Both the position numbers and the translations under genes were made by a program. A stretch of DNA of 64,000 nt. Source: a virus. Taxonomy: Duplodnaviria; Caudoviricetes. The stretch lies in the IMG/VR virus record IMGVR_UViG_3300037466_002336, positions 1 through 64,000 of that record; one strand, given 5' to 3'. Positions 48,742 through 58,476 of the stretch are shown here, piece by piece. Within the stretch, counting starts at the first letter, position 1; each line of letters opens with the position of its first letter. The notes below the pieces were generated by a model that did no database searches, was not told the origin of the DNA, and worked only from the letters and a program-made list of their open reading frames with translations.

Positions 48742-49142
48742 ACAAGGCGCTGATCATCGGCAATCTGACCCGCACACCGGAGCTTCGGCACACGTCGGGT
48801 GGCACCGCGGTGTGCGAGTTCTCGGTTGCGGTGAACGACCGCAAGCCGGACGGCAACGGCGGCTACGAGGAATACGCCCACTACTTCGACGTGGTGGTGT
48901 GGGGCAAGCAGGGCGAGAACTGCGCGCAGTGGCTCGACAAGGGCAAGAAGGTCGGTGTCACCGGCAAGCTCGACCATCAGCGGTGGGAGAAGGACGGGGT
49001 CAAGCACAGCCGCGTGAAGATCATCGCGGAGCCGTTCGGCGTCGACTTCCTCACACCGCGCGACGGCAACGGCGCGTCCCCGTCGGGTGCGAGCACGACC
49101 GCGCCGGACTTTCAGGGCGCCGACGACGACATCCCGTTCTAA
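48738..49142 (+). CDS. ssb: single-stranded DNA-binding protein
   Basis: NKALIIGNLTRTPELR..VVVWGKQGE..DDDIPF. Confidence 0.95.
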   Translation: MNKALIIGNLTRTPELRHTSGGTAVCEFSVAVNDRKPDGNGGYEEYAHYFDVVVWGKQGENCAQWLDKGKKVGVTGKLDHQRWEKDGVKHSRVKIIAEPFGVDFLTPRDGNGASPSGASTTAPDFQGADDDIPF

Positions 49143-49193
49143 GACGGGATGCGTCGTCACGCACAGAGGCAACGAGGCAGAAGGGGGTAGCGC

Positions 49194-50312
49194 ATGAGCA
49201 ACACAAAGACGACGCCGGAGGAGAAGCTCGCCGGCGGCAAGATCGAGGTCGAACCGGGCACGCTCGGGAATCTCGCGCTCGCGCTTGGCGCCGCCGCGAC
49301 CACGGTGACGCTCGGCGTGTCCGACTCACAGAAGGTCGAGCTCGACAAGGACCTCGACCCGAAGCGGATCAAGAAGAAGCCGGGCAAGGGGTACGACTAC
49401 CTGGCCGTCCACGACGTCGAGCGCACCGCAAACCGCATCTTCGGGTACGGCCGGTGGGGCACCGAGGTCGTCGACCTCGAGCATCTCGGCACCGTGCAGG
49501 TGACGAACACGAAGAACGAGAAGGGGTGGTACACCGGCTACCGGTGCACCGTGCGGCTCACCGTCGCCGGGTGTGAACCGGTCGACGGTGTCGGTTACGG
49601 CGACGCGTTCGAGAAGCAGTGGTCCGGCCAGATCACGACGCACGAGCTGGCGGCGAAGGAGGCCGAGAGCGACGCCGAGAAGCGGGCGTTCAAGAAGTAC
49701 GGCGACCAGTTCGGGTTGATCCTGTACGCAAAGGACGACGAGAAGCGGAACATTGCTGCGGCGAAGGCGGAGGATGAGTACAACGCTGCGGCACCGGACG
49801 AGCTGGTGGCGGAGCTTCGCCGGATCGGGGAGAAGCTCGGGAACGTTGCGATCGGCAACGCGCTCGACGCTGAGATCGTCGAGCACGGCCGTGCCCGCAC
49901 TGGCTGGCTGACGCGTGCGCTCGCGAAGGCGCGCGAGATGGCGGCGAACGGTGCCGATACGGAGCCGTCCCCGGCCGCACAGGGGCCGCGGGAAGGGGTG
50001 GATACGGCTTCGGGCGATAAACCACCCGCTTCGGGGGATTCTGCACCACAGGGCGCCGTACAGGCTTCCGCCGGCGACGTCGCGACCGACGCACAGGTCA
50101 AGGAGTTCATTCGCCTGGCGGGGCTGCTCGGCGAGAAGGGTCACGCGCACGCAAACACGCTGATCGTGGAGCACCTGGCCGCGAACGACAACGTCGTGTC
50201 CGCCGGATGGCTTGCCGAGCAGACCGGCAACGTCGTGAAGGCGCTCGCGAAGGCGGGCATCGACACGAACGTGCAGGAGCAGATCGACGCCGCGTTCGGC
50301 GGTGCGGCGTGA
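49194..50312 (+). CDS. Rad52/22-like single-strand annealing protein
   Basis: YLAVHDVERTANRIFGYGRW..GVGYG..AAKEAESDAEKRAFKKYGDQFGLILY. Confidence 0.85.
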   Translation: MSNTKTTPEEKLAGGKIEVEPGTLGNLALALGAAATTVTLGVSDSQKVELDKDLDPKRIKKKPGKGYDYLAVHDVERTANRIFGYGRWGTEVVDLEHLGTVQVTNTKNEKGWYTGYRCTVRLTVAGCEPVDGVGYGDAFEKQWSGQITTHELAAKEAESDAEKRAFKKYGDQFGLILYAKDDEKRNIAAAKAEDEYNAAAPDELVAELRRIGEKLGNVAIGNALDAEIVEHGRARTGWLTRALAKAREMAANGADTEPSPAAQGPREGVDTASGDKPPASGDSAPQGAVQASAGDVATDAQVKEFIRLAGLLGEKGHAHANTLIVEHLAANDNVVSAGWLAEQTGNVVKALAKAGIDTNVQEQIDAAFGGAA

Positions 50313-50587
50313 CCGCCACGGCTGACGCCTTGAAGGCGATCCGCGACCAGGCGCGCCGCGACACGCTCACGGCGGCAAGGTCGTGCGGGGAGGCTCTCTC
50401 GGTTGCAGGCAAGTCGTTCATCGCCACCGAAATCGAGGGGACGCTGATCGTCGTCGCGTGCGGCCGGTCGAAGGAGACGCTCGAGCGGTGGTTGCCGGAA
50501 GGGCTGTGTGAGAACGACTACGACTGCCCGGCCGAGATCGAGGTCGCCACACGCGAGCAGATCAAGCGCATCGAGGCTGCGTCGTGA
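50309..50587 (+). CDS. hypothetical protein
   Basis: Coupled ORF. Confidence 0.55.
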   Translation: MTATADALKAIRDQARRDTLTAARSCGEALSVAGKSFIATEIEGTLIVVACGRSKETLERWLPEGLCENDYDCPAEIEVATREQIKRIEAAS

Positions 50588-51237
50588 CCCGGGAGACGGA
50601 ACACATCCCGGTCGGCGAACGCGAGACGCACACCGAGGCGCGCACCGAATGGGACGAGCTCGCCGCAGCGTACGCCGAACAGAAGGACGCACCGACCGAG
50701 GCTCTCGCCTCGGCGGTGCTCGCCGAGCATGAATCGCCGGAGCTGCACGAGCTGGCGATCCGTGACGCGATCGCGCGTATCCGTGTGCTCGACCGTGACC
50801 GCACCCGGACGAAGCGGCTCGCCGCCGTCATCAGCGAGCGGTACCGCGAGCAGGTCAAGCGTGCGGACGCGGAGGAGGCGGCGCTCCGCGACAGCCTGGT
50901 CACCTACTTGAAGGCGAACGGCGGCAAGGCGGTGTCGTTCCCCGACGTCGGCGGTGTGCATCTGACGACGGTGAACAAGGGCGGTAAGGCGAAAGTCGTC
51001 GACGCGGTGGCGTTCCAGGTGTGGGCGGAGGCGAACTTCACGCCGGAGCAGTACGACGCGTGCCTCGGCGAGCGGCCGTTCCTGCCGGAGCGCGCGCTCG
51101 AGCGGCTCGACGCCGACGGGGTGAAGCCGACGGCGACCGGCAACCTCGTGCACACGCCGACCGGTCAGGTGGTCGAGGTCGACGGGGTGGAGGCGCTCGC
51201 GGAGGACAAGTCGCTGGTCGTGAAGGGCGGCAAGTGA
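50584..51237 (+). CDS. Mu Gam-like host-nuclease inhibitor (putative)
   Basis: Coiled coil then LRDSLVTYLKANGGKAVSFP.VGGV. Confidence 0.55.
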   Translation: MTRETEHIPVGERETHTEARTEWDELAAAYAEQKDAPTEALASAVLAEHESPELHELAIRDAIARIRVLDRDRTRTKRLAAVISERYREQVKRADAEEAALRDSLVTYLKANGGKAVSFPDVGGVHLTTVNKGGKAKVVDAVAFQVWAEANFTPEQYDACLGERPFLPERALERLDADGVKPTATGNLVHTPTGQVVEVDGVEALAEDKSLVVKGGK

Positions 51238-51325
51238 GCTGTTCGGAGACGTGCGAGGAGCGGCGCCTGCGGCGACGCCGCGAGCGATTCGAGGCGCGGT
51301 ACGGGAAGCCGTGGCCGGTGGCGGC

Positions 51326-52297
51326 ATGAGCCGCATCAGCACGAACGTGAAGTGGTCGATGGTGCCGGAGTGGATCAGCGACCACGAGCAGGCGGGGTTG
51401 AGCCATGCTGCGGTGCGCCTGTACGCGATCCTGTGGCGCTTCGCGAACAGCGAGGGCGAGGGTGCGATCCCGAGCCGCGGCCTGCTCGCGAAGCGCATGG
51501 GACTCAAGGCGCTGGATCAGGTCGACAAGGCGAAGCGCGAGCTGGTCGCAGCGGGTGCGCTCGAGGTCGTCAACCGCCGCTCGAACGGGCGGCAGACGAC
51601 GAACGAGTACAAGCTCAGCCAGGCGCCACCGCCGGGCCGGGGAAAGCAGGGTCGGGAAAAGCCGACCCTGGAAAAGCCGACTCGGGAAAACCCGACACAT
51701 AACGAGAGCCAGGGTTTGAACGAAAGGTCTGTACCTAGCGGTACAGACGCGCCGACGTTGCCGGGCATGGACGTGCCGGTGGTCGAGAAGCCGAAGCGTG
51801 AACGGCCGCCGGACCTTCTATGGGAGGCGATGGTCGAGGCGCTCGGCAAGCCGCCGCTCACCGAGAGCGCGAAGGGCGCGTGGCGGAAGGCGATCAAGGA
51901 ACTGCGCGATGCCGGTGCGACTCCCGACGAGATCCGCGCCGCCGCGGTGGCGTACCGCCGCGAGTGGCCGGACATCACGATCACGCCGACGGCGCTCGCG
52001 AAGCACTGGCACGTGTTCGTCGGCGTCGCCGAGAACGACACGCCCATCGGCAAGGCTCAGCGGTGGGTTCGCACAGCCGGACGCGAGCTGCCCGACGCGA
52101 TCTTCGAGGACCACCTTGAAACGCGGAAGGGTCTGACGGACGAGCAGCGCGCCGAGCTGCGCGCGTTGCGCGCGACGTTGATCGCGGAGGACGCGGCGAC
52201 GGAGAAGCTCGCCGCCGCGACCGTCGGCGACGGTGATTACGACGCTCACGCGTACTCGAACGGCGCGTTCGACGGCCCGGTCGGGGGGACGGCGTGA
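51326..52297 (+). CDS. replication initiator (HTH, lambda O-like organisation)
   Basis: LSHAAVRLYAIL..PSRGLLAKRMG..ELVAAGAL..TNEY; internal iterons. Confidence 0.75.
   Translation: MSRISTNVKWSMVPEWISDHEQAGLSHAAVRLYAILWRFANSEGEGAIPSRGLLAKRMGLKALDQVDKAKRELVAAGALEVVNRRSNGRQTTNEYKLSQAPPPGRGKQGREKPTLEKPTRENPTHNESQGLNERSVPSGTDAPTLPGMDVPVVEKPKRERPPDLLWEAMVEALGKPPLTESAKGAWRKAIKELRDAGATPDEIRAAAVAYRREWPDITITPTALAKHWHVFVGVAENDTPIGKAQRWVRTAGRELPDAIFEDHLETRKGLTDEQRAELRALRATLIAEDAATEKLAAATVGDGDYDAHAYSNGAFDGPVGGTA
51637..51750. repeat. 15-bp iteron-like repeats; candidate replication origin
   Basis: TCGGGAAAAGCCGAC / CCTGGAAAAGCCGAC / TCGGGAAAACCCGAC at 51652-51696. Confidence 0.7.
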
Positions 52298-52731
52298 GCA
52301 AGCCGACACGGAAGCTCGCCGCGAAGAACGCGCCCGCCGGCGCGGTGAAGCTGTGCGGACATTGCCGGTGGATCGAAGGCGGACACATGCCGGAGAAGGT
52401 GCTTCAGACGAAGGTGGAGGAGTACGCCACCCTCAACGGCTGGTTGTTTCTGCACATCAACGACTCGCGCATCCCGGTTCGCAAGGGAGGCCGGACTGTG
52501 TGGGTCGGTGACGAGGACACGTCCGGGTTCCCGGACCTGCTGCTGCTGCATCCGCGGCGGGGGCTGCTCGTGGTGCGGGAGCTGAAGAAGTGCGACGGCC
52601 GGGTGACGGCCAAGCAGAAGCAATGGCTCGACGCGTTTGTGGCCGCGGGCGTCGACGCAGGTGTGTGGCGGCCTTCCAACCTGCCCGACATCGAGGCGAC
52701 GCTCGGGCGTTTGACGACGGAGGTGAGATAG
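52294..52731 (+). CDS. VRR-NUC domain nuclease
   Basis: SGFPDLLLL..VRELKK..VTAKQKQWLDAF. Confidence 0.85.
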   Translation: MSKPTRKLAAKNAPAGAVKLCGHCRWIEGGHMPEKVLQTKVEEYATLNGWLFLHINDSRIPVRKGGRTVWVGDEDTSGFPDLLLLHPRRGLLVVRELKKCDGRVTAKQKQWLDAFVAAGVDAGVWRPSNLPDIEATLGRLTTEVR

Positions 52732-53415
52732 TGGAACAGATCGAGTACGAGCCGTCGGTGCGCATCGAGCACATCGCGGTCAGCGACAAGACCATCGAGG
52801 TGATTGCGCGGAAGGCGCTCGCGTCGCAGGACACCGAGTTCCGTGCGCACGCCGAGCTGCTGCTCGGCCGCTACCAGGTGGCACGCGAGCACACCGAACG
52901 CGAGGCCGGCGCGTCGAGGAAGGTGCTCGCATGAACCTCGGTGACTACGACCGGCGGCTCACCGACACCGCCCGTGCGGTCGCCGACGAGCTCGGTGAGT
53001 CGTGGGTGTCGCTCAGCTACGACGAGCGGCAGCGGTACCGTGACATCGCCGCGTTCGTGATCCGCCGCGAGGACGAAGCTGCGCGTGACGTGCTCCACGC
53101 GGCCACCCTCGGTGATGTGGTGGTGCCGGCGTGACCAAGCTGACGCGCGGTCGCAAGTCGTTCAACGGGGCCGAGATGCACCCGACCGAGGTGTTCTTCT
53201 GGTTGCGCGGTCAGGATGTGCTCGCGCCGCCGGCGTTGCAGGCGTACGCGAACGCGTGCCGGTCCGCTGCTGCGGCGCTCGTCGAGCTCGGTACGCCGGA
53301 GGCTGTAGTTCGGGCGGGCGAGCTGCGCGAGTTCGCCACTGACGTCAGCCACGTCGCCGCCGAGATGATCCAGTGGCAGGCGGAGCATCCTGAGCTTGTG
53401 GGGTTGCCGGACTAG
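52731..53415 (+). CDS. three hypothetical proteins (52731-52934, 52931-53134, 53131-53415)
   Basis: Coupled ORFs. Confidence 0.6.
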
Positions 53416-53517
53416 CCATCGGTGTTCTGGAGCGGGCCGCCCGACCGGTGTGTGAAGGTTGGCGGCCCGCAACGATTGGGACGCGCCGGGCAGGGCGCGA
53501 AAGGAGGTAGTGGACAC

Positions 53518-54162
53518 TTGACTTGTAGCTGTAGGCCGTACGCGCAGGACATCTCGTGCGAGGTGCACGAATCAAGGCTGCGGACGCTGACCGGACGGAA
53601 AGGGCCGTGCCTGCTGATGTACACCGGCGCGGTCGTGTGGCCGCTCGACCCGCGACCGGACGACATCAAGATCGCCGACGTCGCGCATCACCTGTCGAAC
53701 CTGTGCAGGTTCACCGGCGGGACACGCAAGTTCTACAGCGTGGCGCAGCATTCCTGTCACGTCGCGGACGCGCTCGGCCCGTGCGATCCGTCGCTTGCGG
53801 CGTGGGGGCTGCTGCATGACGCGTCGGAGGCGTACCTCGGTGACATCGCACGGCCGACGAAGCATGCCGTCGCCGGGTTCGGCGAGGCGTACCGGCAGGC
53901 GGAGGACAGGCTGATGCGGGTGATCGCGGAACGGTTCGGCCTGCACGGCGACGAGCCGGATGCGGTGAAGGACGTCGACGACCGGATGGTCGTCACCGAG
54001 GCACGCGACCTGATGCCGGGCAAGCCGCCGTTCGTCGAGCTCGAGTTCCCGGACGTGCAGCCGTACGACTGGTCGGTTCGGCCGTGGACACCCGACGAGG
54101 CGAAGACCGAGTTCCTGTTGCGGTTCCGTGTGCTGCTCGCGCAGGGTGCGGTGCGCCCGTGA
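53518..54162 (+). CDS. HD-domain phosphohydrolase (YfdR/YfbR-like)
   Basis: IADVAHHLSNLCRF..YSVAQHS..LLHDASEAYLGD; TTG start after GGAGGTAGTGG. Confidence 0.88.
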   Translation: MTCSCRPYAQDISCEVHESRLRTLTGRKGPCLLMYTGAVVWPLDPRPDDIKIADVAHHLSNLCRFTGGTRKFYSVAQHSCHVADALGPCDPSLAAWGLLHDASEAYLGDIARPTKHAVAGFGEAYRQAEDRLMRVIAERFGLHGDEPDAVKDVDDRMVVTEARDLMPGKPPFVELEFPDVQPYDWSVRPWTPDEAKTEFLLRFRVLLAQGAVRP

Positions 54163-54662
54163 AGGCGCTGACGTTGACACAACCGTGGGCGTCCCTGGTC
54201 GCGGTCGGTGCGAAGCGCATCGAGACGAGGTCGTGGAGCACCCGCTACCGCGGCCCGCTGGTGATCCACGCGGCGAAAGGGCTCGGGTCGGTCGGAGGTG
54301 CGCGCGGGCTGCTCGACACGGTGAAGCAGGAGCCGTTCCACGAGGCGCTGCGGCCGTTGTACGAGAACACACCCGGCGAGCTGTCGCTGCCGCTCGGCTG
54401 CATCGTCGCGATCGCACGACTCGTCGACGTTGTGCGCACAGAGACGCTCACCGCCCTGCCGTTCTGGCAGGGCTTCAGCGACGACGAGCGGGCGTTCGGC
54501 GACTACACACCAGGCCGGTACGGGTGGGTCCTCGAGTCCGTCGAGCCGTTCCCGGAGCCGGTGCCGTGCAAGGGCGCGTTGGGGCTGTGGGAGGTGCCGT
54601 ACCCGCAAGCGTCGGCTGTGGTCGACCTCGCGCTCCACACATGGGGAGGTGTCCCATCGTGA
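54159..54662 (+). CDS. ASCH domain protein
   Basis: KALTLTQPWASLV..GAKRIETRSW..YRGPLVIHAAK..KGALGLWEV. Confidence 0.9.
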   Translation: MKALTLTQPWASLVAVGAKRIETRSWSTRYRGPLVIHAAKGLGSVGGARGLLDTVKQEPFHEALRPLYENTPGELSLPLGCIVAIARLVDVVRTETLTALPFWQGFSDDERAFGDYTPGRYGWVLESVEPFPEPVPCKGALGLWEVPYPQASAVVDLALHTWGGVPS

Positions 54663-56308
54663 GCACGTTGTTCGACGAGACACAGGAGACGACGCGGGCA
54701 ATCAGCCTGCGCCCGTACCAGGAGGAAGCGAAGCTCGCGATCCATACCGCGTTCGAAACGTTCGACCGTGCGCTGATCCAGCTACCGACAGGGTGCGGCA
54801 AGACGATCGTGTTCGCGGCGACCGCACACGAGATGGGCTACCCGGTGCTGGTGATCGCACACCGTGACGAGCTGCTCGACCAGGCGGCGGAGAAGTTCCG
54901 CATGTGGGACCCCGGCGTCACCGTCGGCAAGGTAAAAGCAGAGTCCGACCAGTGGTGGACGGAGGTTGTGGTCGCGTCCATCCAAACGCTGTGGCGGCCG
55001 AAGCGGCTGGAGAAGCTCCGGCGGGTGCTCCGACAGAGGCCGTTCAAGCTCGCGGTCGTCGACGAGGCGCACCACGCGCCCGCCGACAGCTATCAGAAGG
55101 TGCTTGCAGTGCTGCACGAGTTCGACGTGCCGGTGTTGGGCGTCACCGCAACACCGGAGCGCGGCACCGGCGGCGGCCTAGAGGGAGTGTGGCCGACGCT
55201 CGCCTACCAGTACCCGATCCTTCGCGCGATCCAGGACGGCTACCTGTCCGACGTGCGCGGCCTGCGCGTCGAGTTGAAGGAAGCGAACCTCGACCGGTTG
55301 AAGGTCAACCGTGGCGACTGGCAGGACGGCCAGATGGCCGAGATGCTGCACGACGCCGGCGCGCCCGGCTACGCGGTGAAGGCGTACCTCGAACACGCAC
55401 CCGACCGGAAAGGGATCGTGTTCACACCGACGGTTGATCTTGCCTACGAGATGGCCGCCGCGTTCAACGACGCCGGGGTGCCCGCCGCGGCGATCAACGG
55501 CAACACGCCACGGACGGAGCGGCAGAAGGTGTATAGGGCGTTGCGCGAGGGGACGCTACGCATCGTCGCGAACGCGTCGGTGCTCACCGAGGGGTTCGAC
55601 GAGCCGTCCGTTGACCTTGTCGTGATCGCCCGGCCGACGCTGTCACGGGTGCTGTACGTGCAGATGGTCGGCAGGGCGATGCGTTTGTTCCCCGGCAAGA
55701 CCGACTGTCTCGTGATGGACCTCGTCGGCGTCACGGAGAAGCACAAGCTGCAATCGGTCGCCAACCTGTTCGGCGTTCGGGAGGAGATGATGCAGCGCGG
55801 CATGTCCGCTGCGGAGGCGGTGGCGGTGCAGGAGGCGCAGGACGCGGAGGAGCACGCCGAGCAGAAGCGTCTTGCCGAGATCGAAGCTCAGGTCATCGAC
55901 CTGTTCACACAGCAGCGGCTCAACTGGATGAAGCTGCACCCGGAGCTGTGGGTGTTGCGCGGCCAGCAAGGGCAGCTCGAGCTTCGCGCGCAAGGCGACG
56001 GGACGTGGTCGGCGGCGTACAACCCCGACGACAAGCGCAGGCACCAGTACAACGTGCTCGACACCGGTGTGCCGTTGGAGGTCGCGCAAGGGCTGGCGGA
56101 GGACTATGTGCGGCGCGCCGGGGCGGAGCATTTGGTCGACCGGAACGCGCCGTGGCGGTCGAAGCCGGTGATGCGCGGGCAGATGGCCGCGTTGGCGAAG
56201 TGGGGCGTCGACGGCGACCGGATCGCGACGCTCGCGACCGCCGGTGAGGCGTCCGACCTGCTCAGCGAGATGATCGCTAGGTCGCGGGCGAAAGGGGTGA
56301 AGGCGTGA
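54659..56308 (+). CDS. SF2 (DEAH-like) helicase
   Basis: LRPYQ, PTGCGKT, VDEAHH, TATPER, LTEGFDEP, QMVGRAMR. Confidence 0.92.
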   Translation: MSTLFDETQETTRAISLRPYQEEAKLAIHTAFETFDRALIQLPTGCGKTIVFAATAHEMGYPVLVIAHRDELLDQAAEKFRMWDPGVTVGKVKAESDQWWTEVVVASIQTLWRPKRLEKLRRVLRQRPFKLAVVDEAHHAPADSYQKVLAVLHEFDVPVLGVTATPERGTGGGLEGVWPTLAYQYPILRAIQDGYLSDVRGLRVELKEANLDRLKVNRGDWQDGQMAEMLHDAGAPGYAVKAYLEHAPDRKGIVFTPTVDLAYEMAAAFNDAGVPAAAINGNTPRTERQKVYRALREGTLRIVANASVLTEGFDEPSVDLVVIARPTLSRVLYVQMVGRAMRLFPGKTDCLVMDLVGVTEKHKLQSVANLFGVREEMMQRGMSAAEAVAVQEAQDAEEHAEQKRLAEIEAQVIDLFTQQRLNWMKLHPELWVLRGQQGQLELRAQGDGTWSAAYNPDDKRRHQYNVLDTGVPLEVAQGLAEDYVRRAGAEHLVDRNAPWRSKPVMRGQMAALAKWGVDGDRIATLATAGEASDLLSEMIARSRAKGVKA

Positions 56309-57639
56309 CCGCGCAGCCAAGGCAGCAGACGGCGCCGCTGCCGCCGCAGAACCTTGACTCGGAGGAGTCGGTGTTGGGGGCGATGATGCTCGCGAAGGCC
56401 GCGGTCGTTGCCGTCGCCGAAACAGGTCTACGCGCCGAGCACTTCTATCGTGAGTCGCACGGGGTCATTTACGACGCGATGTTGGCGCTTGACGAACGCG
56501 GCGAAGCCGTCGACGCGATCACCGTCGCCGACGAGCTCGACCGGACGGGCATGCTCGTCAAGGTGCCCGACGGCGCGGAGCGTGTACACGAGTTGGCCGC
56601 GTTGGTGCCGGCGGCGTCGAACGCTGCGCACTACGCCCGCATCGTCCGTGAGATGGCGACGCTGCGCGGCCTGATCCGTGCCGGGAACGACATCGCACGG
56701 CTCGGTTTCGACCGTCCCGGCGACACCGCCGAGCTTGTCGACCAGGCGGAACGCATCGTGTTCGACCTGGCCGCCGGCGACGAGCACGGGCAGACGTACA
56801 ACATGCGCGAGATCCTCGAGGAGCGGTACCGGGCGCTCGTTGACGCGCACCGTGAGGGCCGCAAGATCAACGGTCTGCCGACCGGGTTCGCGAAGCTCGA
56901 CGACCTGTTGTCGGGTTTGCAGCCGGGGTCGTTGGTGATCGTTGCGGCCCGCCCGTCGATGGGCAAGTCTGCGTTCGTTGTGAACGTCGCGACGAACGTG
57001 GTGCAGCACGACGTGCCGGTGCTTCTGTTCACGTTGGAGATGTCCAGGGCGGAGGTCGCGCAACGGGTCATCATCAGCGAGGGTCTGATCGACGGCCAGA
57101 AGGCGCGCAGCTCGTCGCTGACCGCAGACGATTGGGACAAGCTGAAGTCGGCGTGTAAGGCGCTTGCTGACAAGCCGTTGCTGATCGACGAGACACCGGC
57201 GATCACGGTGACGGAGGTGCGCGCGAAGGCGCGCCGGTTGAAGGCGAAGCATCCGAACCTTGGGCTTGTGGTCGTCGACTACTTGCAGATCATGGGGATG
57301 CCGGACGGCGAGAACCGCACGCAGCAGGTCGGCCGTGTCACGGCCGCGTTGAAGGCGCTCGCGCGCGAGCTTGAGGTGCCGGTGGTGGCGCTGTCGCAGC
57401 TCTCACGTGAGGTGGAGAAGCGGCATGACAAGCGGCCGACGTTGGCGGACCTTCGCGACTCGGGGAGCATCGAGCAGGACGCCGACGTGGTGATGTTCTT
57501 GTACCGCGACGATCACTACCACGAGGACAGCGACCACGCCGGGACCGCCGAGGTGATCGTGGCGAAGCAGCGCAACGGCCCGACGGACACGGTGCGGCTC
57601 GCGTTCCGCAGCAGGTTCACCCGGTTCGACAACCTGTGA
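56305..57639 (+). CDS. dnaB: DnaB-like replicative helicase
   Basis: PPQNLDSEESVLG, AARPSMGKS, VDYLQ, LSQLSR, DLRDSGSIEQDAD, KQRNGP. Confidence 0.96.
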   Translation: MTAQPRQQTAPLPPQNLDSEESVLGAMMLAKAAVVAVAETGLRAEHFYRESHGVIYDAMLALDERGEAVDAITVADELDRTGMLVKVPDGAERVHELAALVPAASNAAHYARIVREMATLRGLIRAGNDIARLGFDRPGDTAELVDQAERIVFDLAAGDEHGQTYNMREILEERYRALVDAHREGRKINGLPTGFAKLDDLLSGLQPGSLVIVAARPSMGKSAFVVNVATNVVQHDVPVLLFTLEMSRAEVAQRVIISEGLIDGQKARSSSLTADDWDKLKSACKALADKPLLIDETPAITVTEVRAKARRLKAKHPNLGLVVVDYLQIMGMPDGENRTQQVGRVTAALKALARELEVPVVALSQLSREVEKRHDKRPTLADLRDSGSIEQDADVVMFLYRDDHYHEDSDHAGTAEVIVAKQRNGPTDTVRLAFRSRFTRFDNL

Positions 57640-57667
57640 TGCAACACGTCCGGGTGGATCACCCAAC

Positions 57668-57983
57668 CGAAGTGTTTGAAGATTCTGTGAACTTGTCTTG
57701 CGGAACACAGGCTGGAGAGTGAACATGCGGGAGCAACGCACGAACGGACATTGACAACCGAGCCAGCACCACGGGGAACGCAAACCCTCGAACCCCGTCC
57801 GGCCGAACCAAATGACAGCGGTGGCACCGCTCACCAACAGCAGGGAGACGATCACTCCCAGGCCGCACGAATAGGGCAACGCCGGAGACGGCGACGCAGC
57901 GGCGCAGCGGCCCCGTGATGCAGGCTCGGAAGTCACCAAACCGTCGCCGGGCAGGGCGACACCGACCAAGGAGGTAGTGGAAC
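57668..57983 (+). promoter_or_regulatory. promoter family copy F plus ~250-nt structured leader
   Basis: CTTGCG-N18-GAACAT; long-range helix 57758-57776/57911-57929; GGGCAG hairpin; RBS. Confidence 0.6.
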
Positions 57984-58370
57984 ATGGCGAAGAGCACCGA
58001 GTCCAAGGGCAAGCAGTACACGCCAGCGCAGCAGAAGGTCGTCGCGCGCATCGTCGAGCTGCGCAAGTCGGGGAAGGGGTACCCGGCGATCGCCGCCGAG
58101 CTGAACAAGGCCAAGACCCCGACGTTCGGCAAGGGCGCGCAGTGGTACGGGCCGGTCGTCCGTCACATCTGCATCCGCGAGCTCGGCTCCGCCGAGAAGT
58201 CGCTGAAGGCGGCGGGCACGAAGGCGCCGCAGCGCAACACCGACACCGTCGCCCAGGCCGCGGCACACGTCAAGCCGACCCCCGTCGAGGCGGTGCCCGT
58301 GAAGGCGACCGTGAAGCCCGACCCGAAGGTCAAGGGGTCGACCTCGCGCAAGTCGGCAACGAAGAAGTAG
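57984..58370 (+). CDS. small basic DNA-binding protein (recombinase-domain-like HTH plus Lys/Ala/Pro tail)
   Basis: GKGYPAIAAELNKAKTPTFGKGAQWYGPVVRHI. Confidence 0.65.
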   Translation: MAKSTESKGKQYTPAQQKVVARIVELRKSGKGYPAIAAELNKAKTPTFGKGAQWYGPVVRHICIRELGSAEKSLKAAGTKAPQRNTDTVAQAAAHVKPTPVEAVPVKATVKPDPKVKGSTSRKSATKK

Positions 58371-58389
58371 TCAGGTGGGGGCGGTGCCC

Positions 58390-58440
58390 CTACCGAGCGC
58401 GCGCTCCCCCTTTTGCGGCGGCGGGGCGCGCGCTCGGTAG
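58390..58440. terminator. strong hairpin
   Basis: CTACCGAGCGCGCGC/GCGCGCGCTCGGTAG. Confidence 0.7.
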
Positions 58441-58476
58441 CGGCACCAACCACGAACGCACAGGAGGCACGAGGCA

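Noticed and set aside
57870-57900. GGGCAAC-hairpin resembling part of an HDV-like ribozyme
   Set aside because: P3/L3 and the nested pseudoknot could not be built
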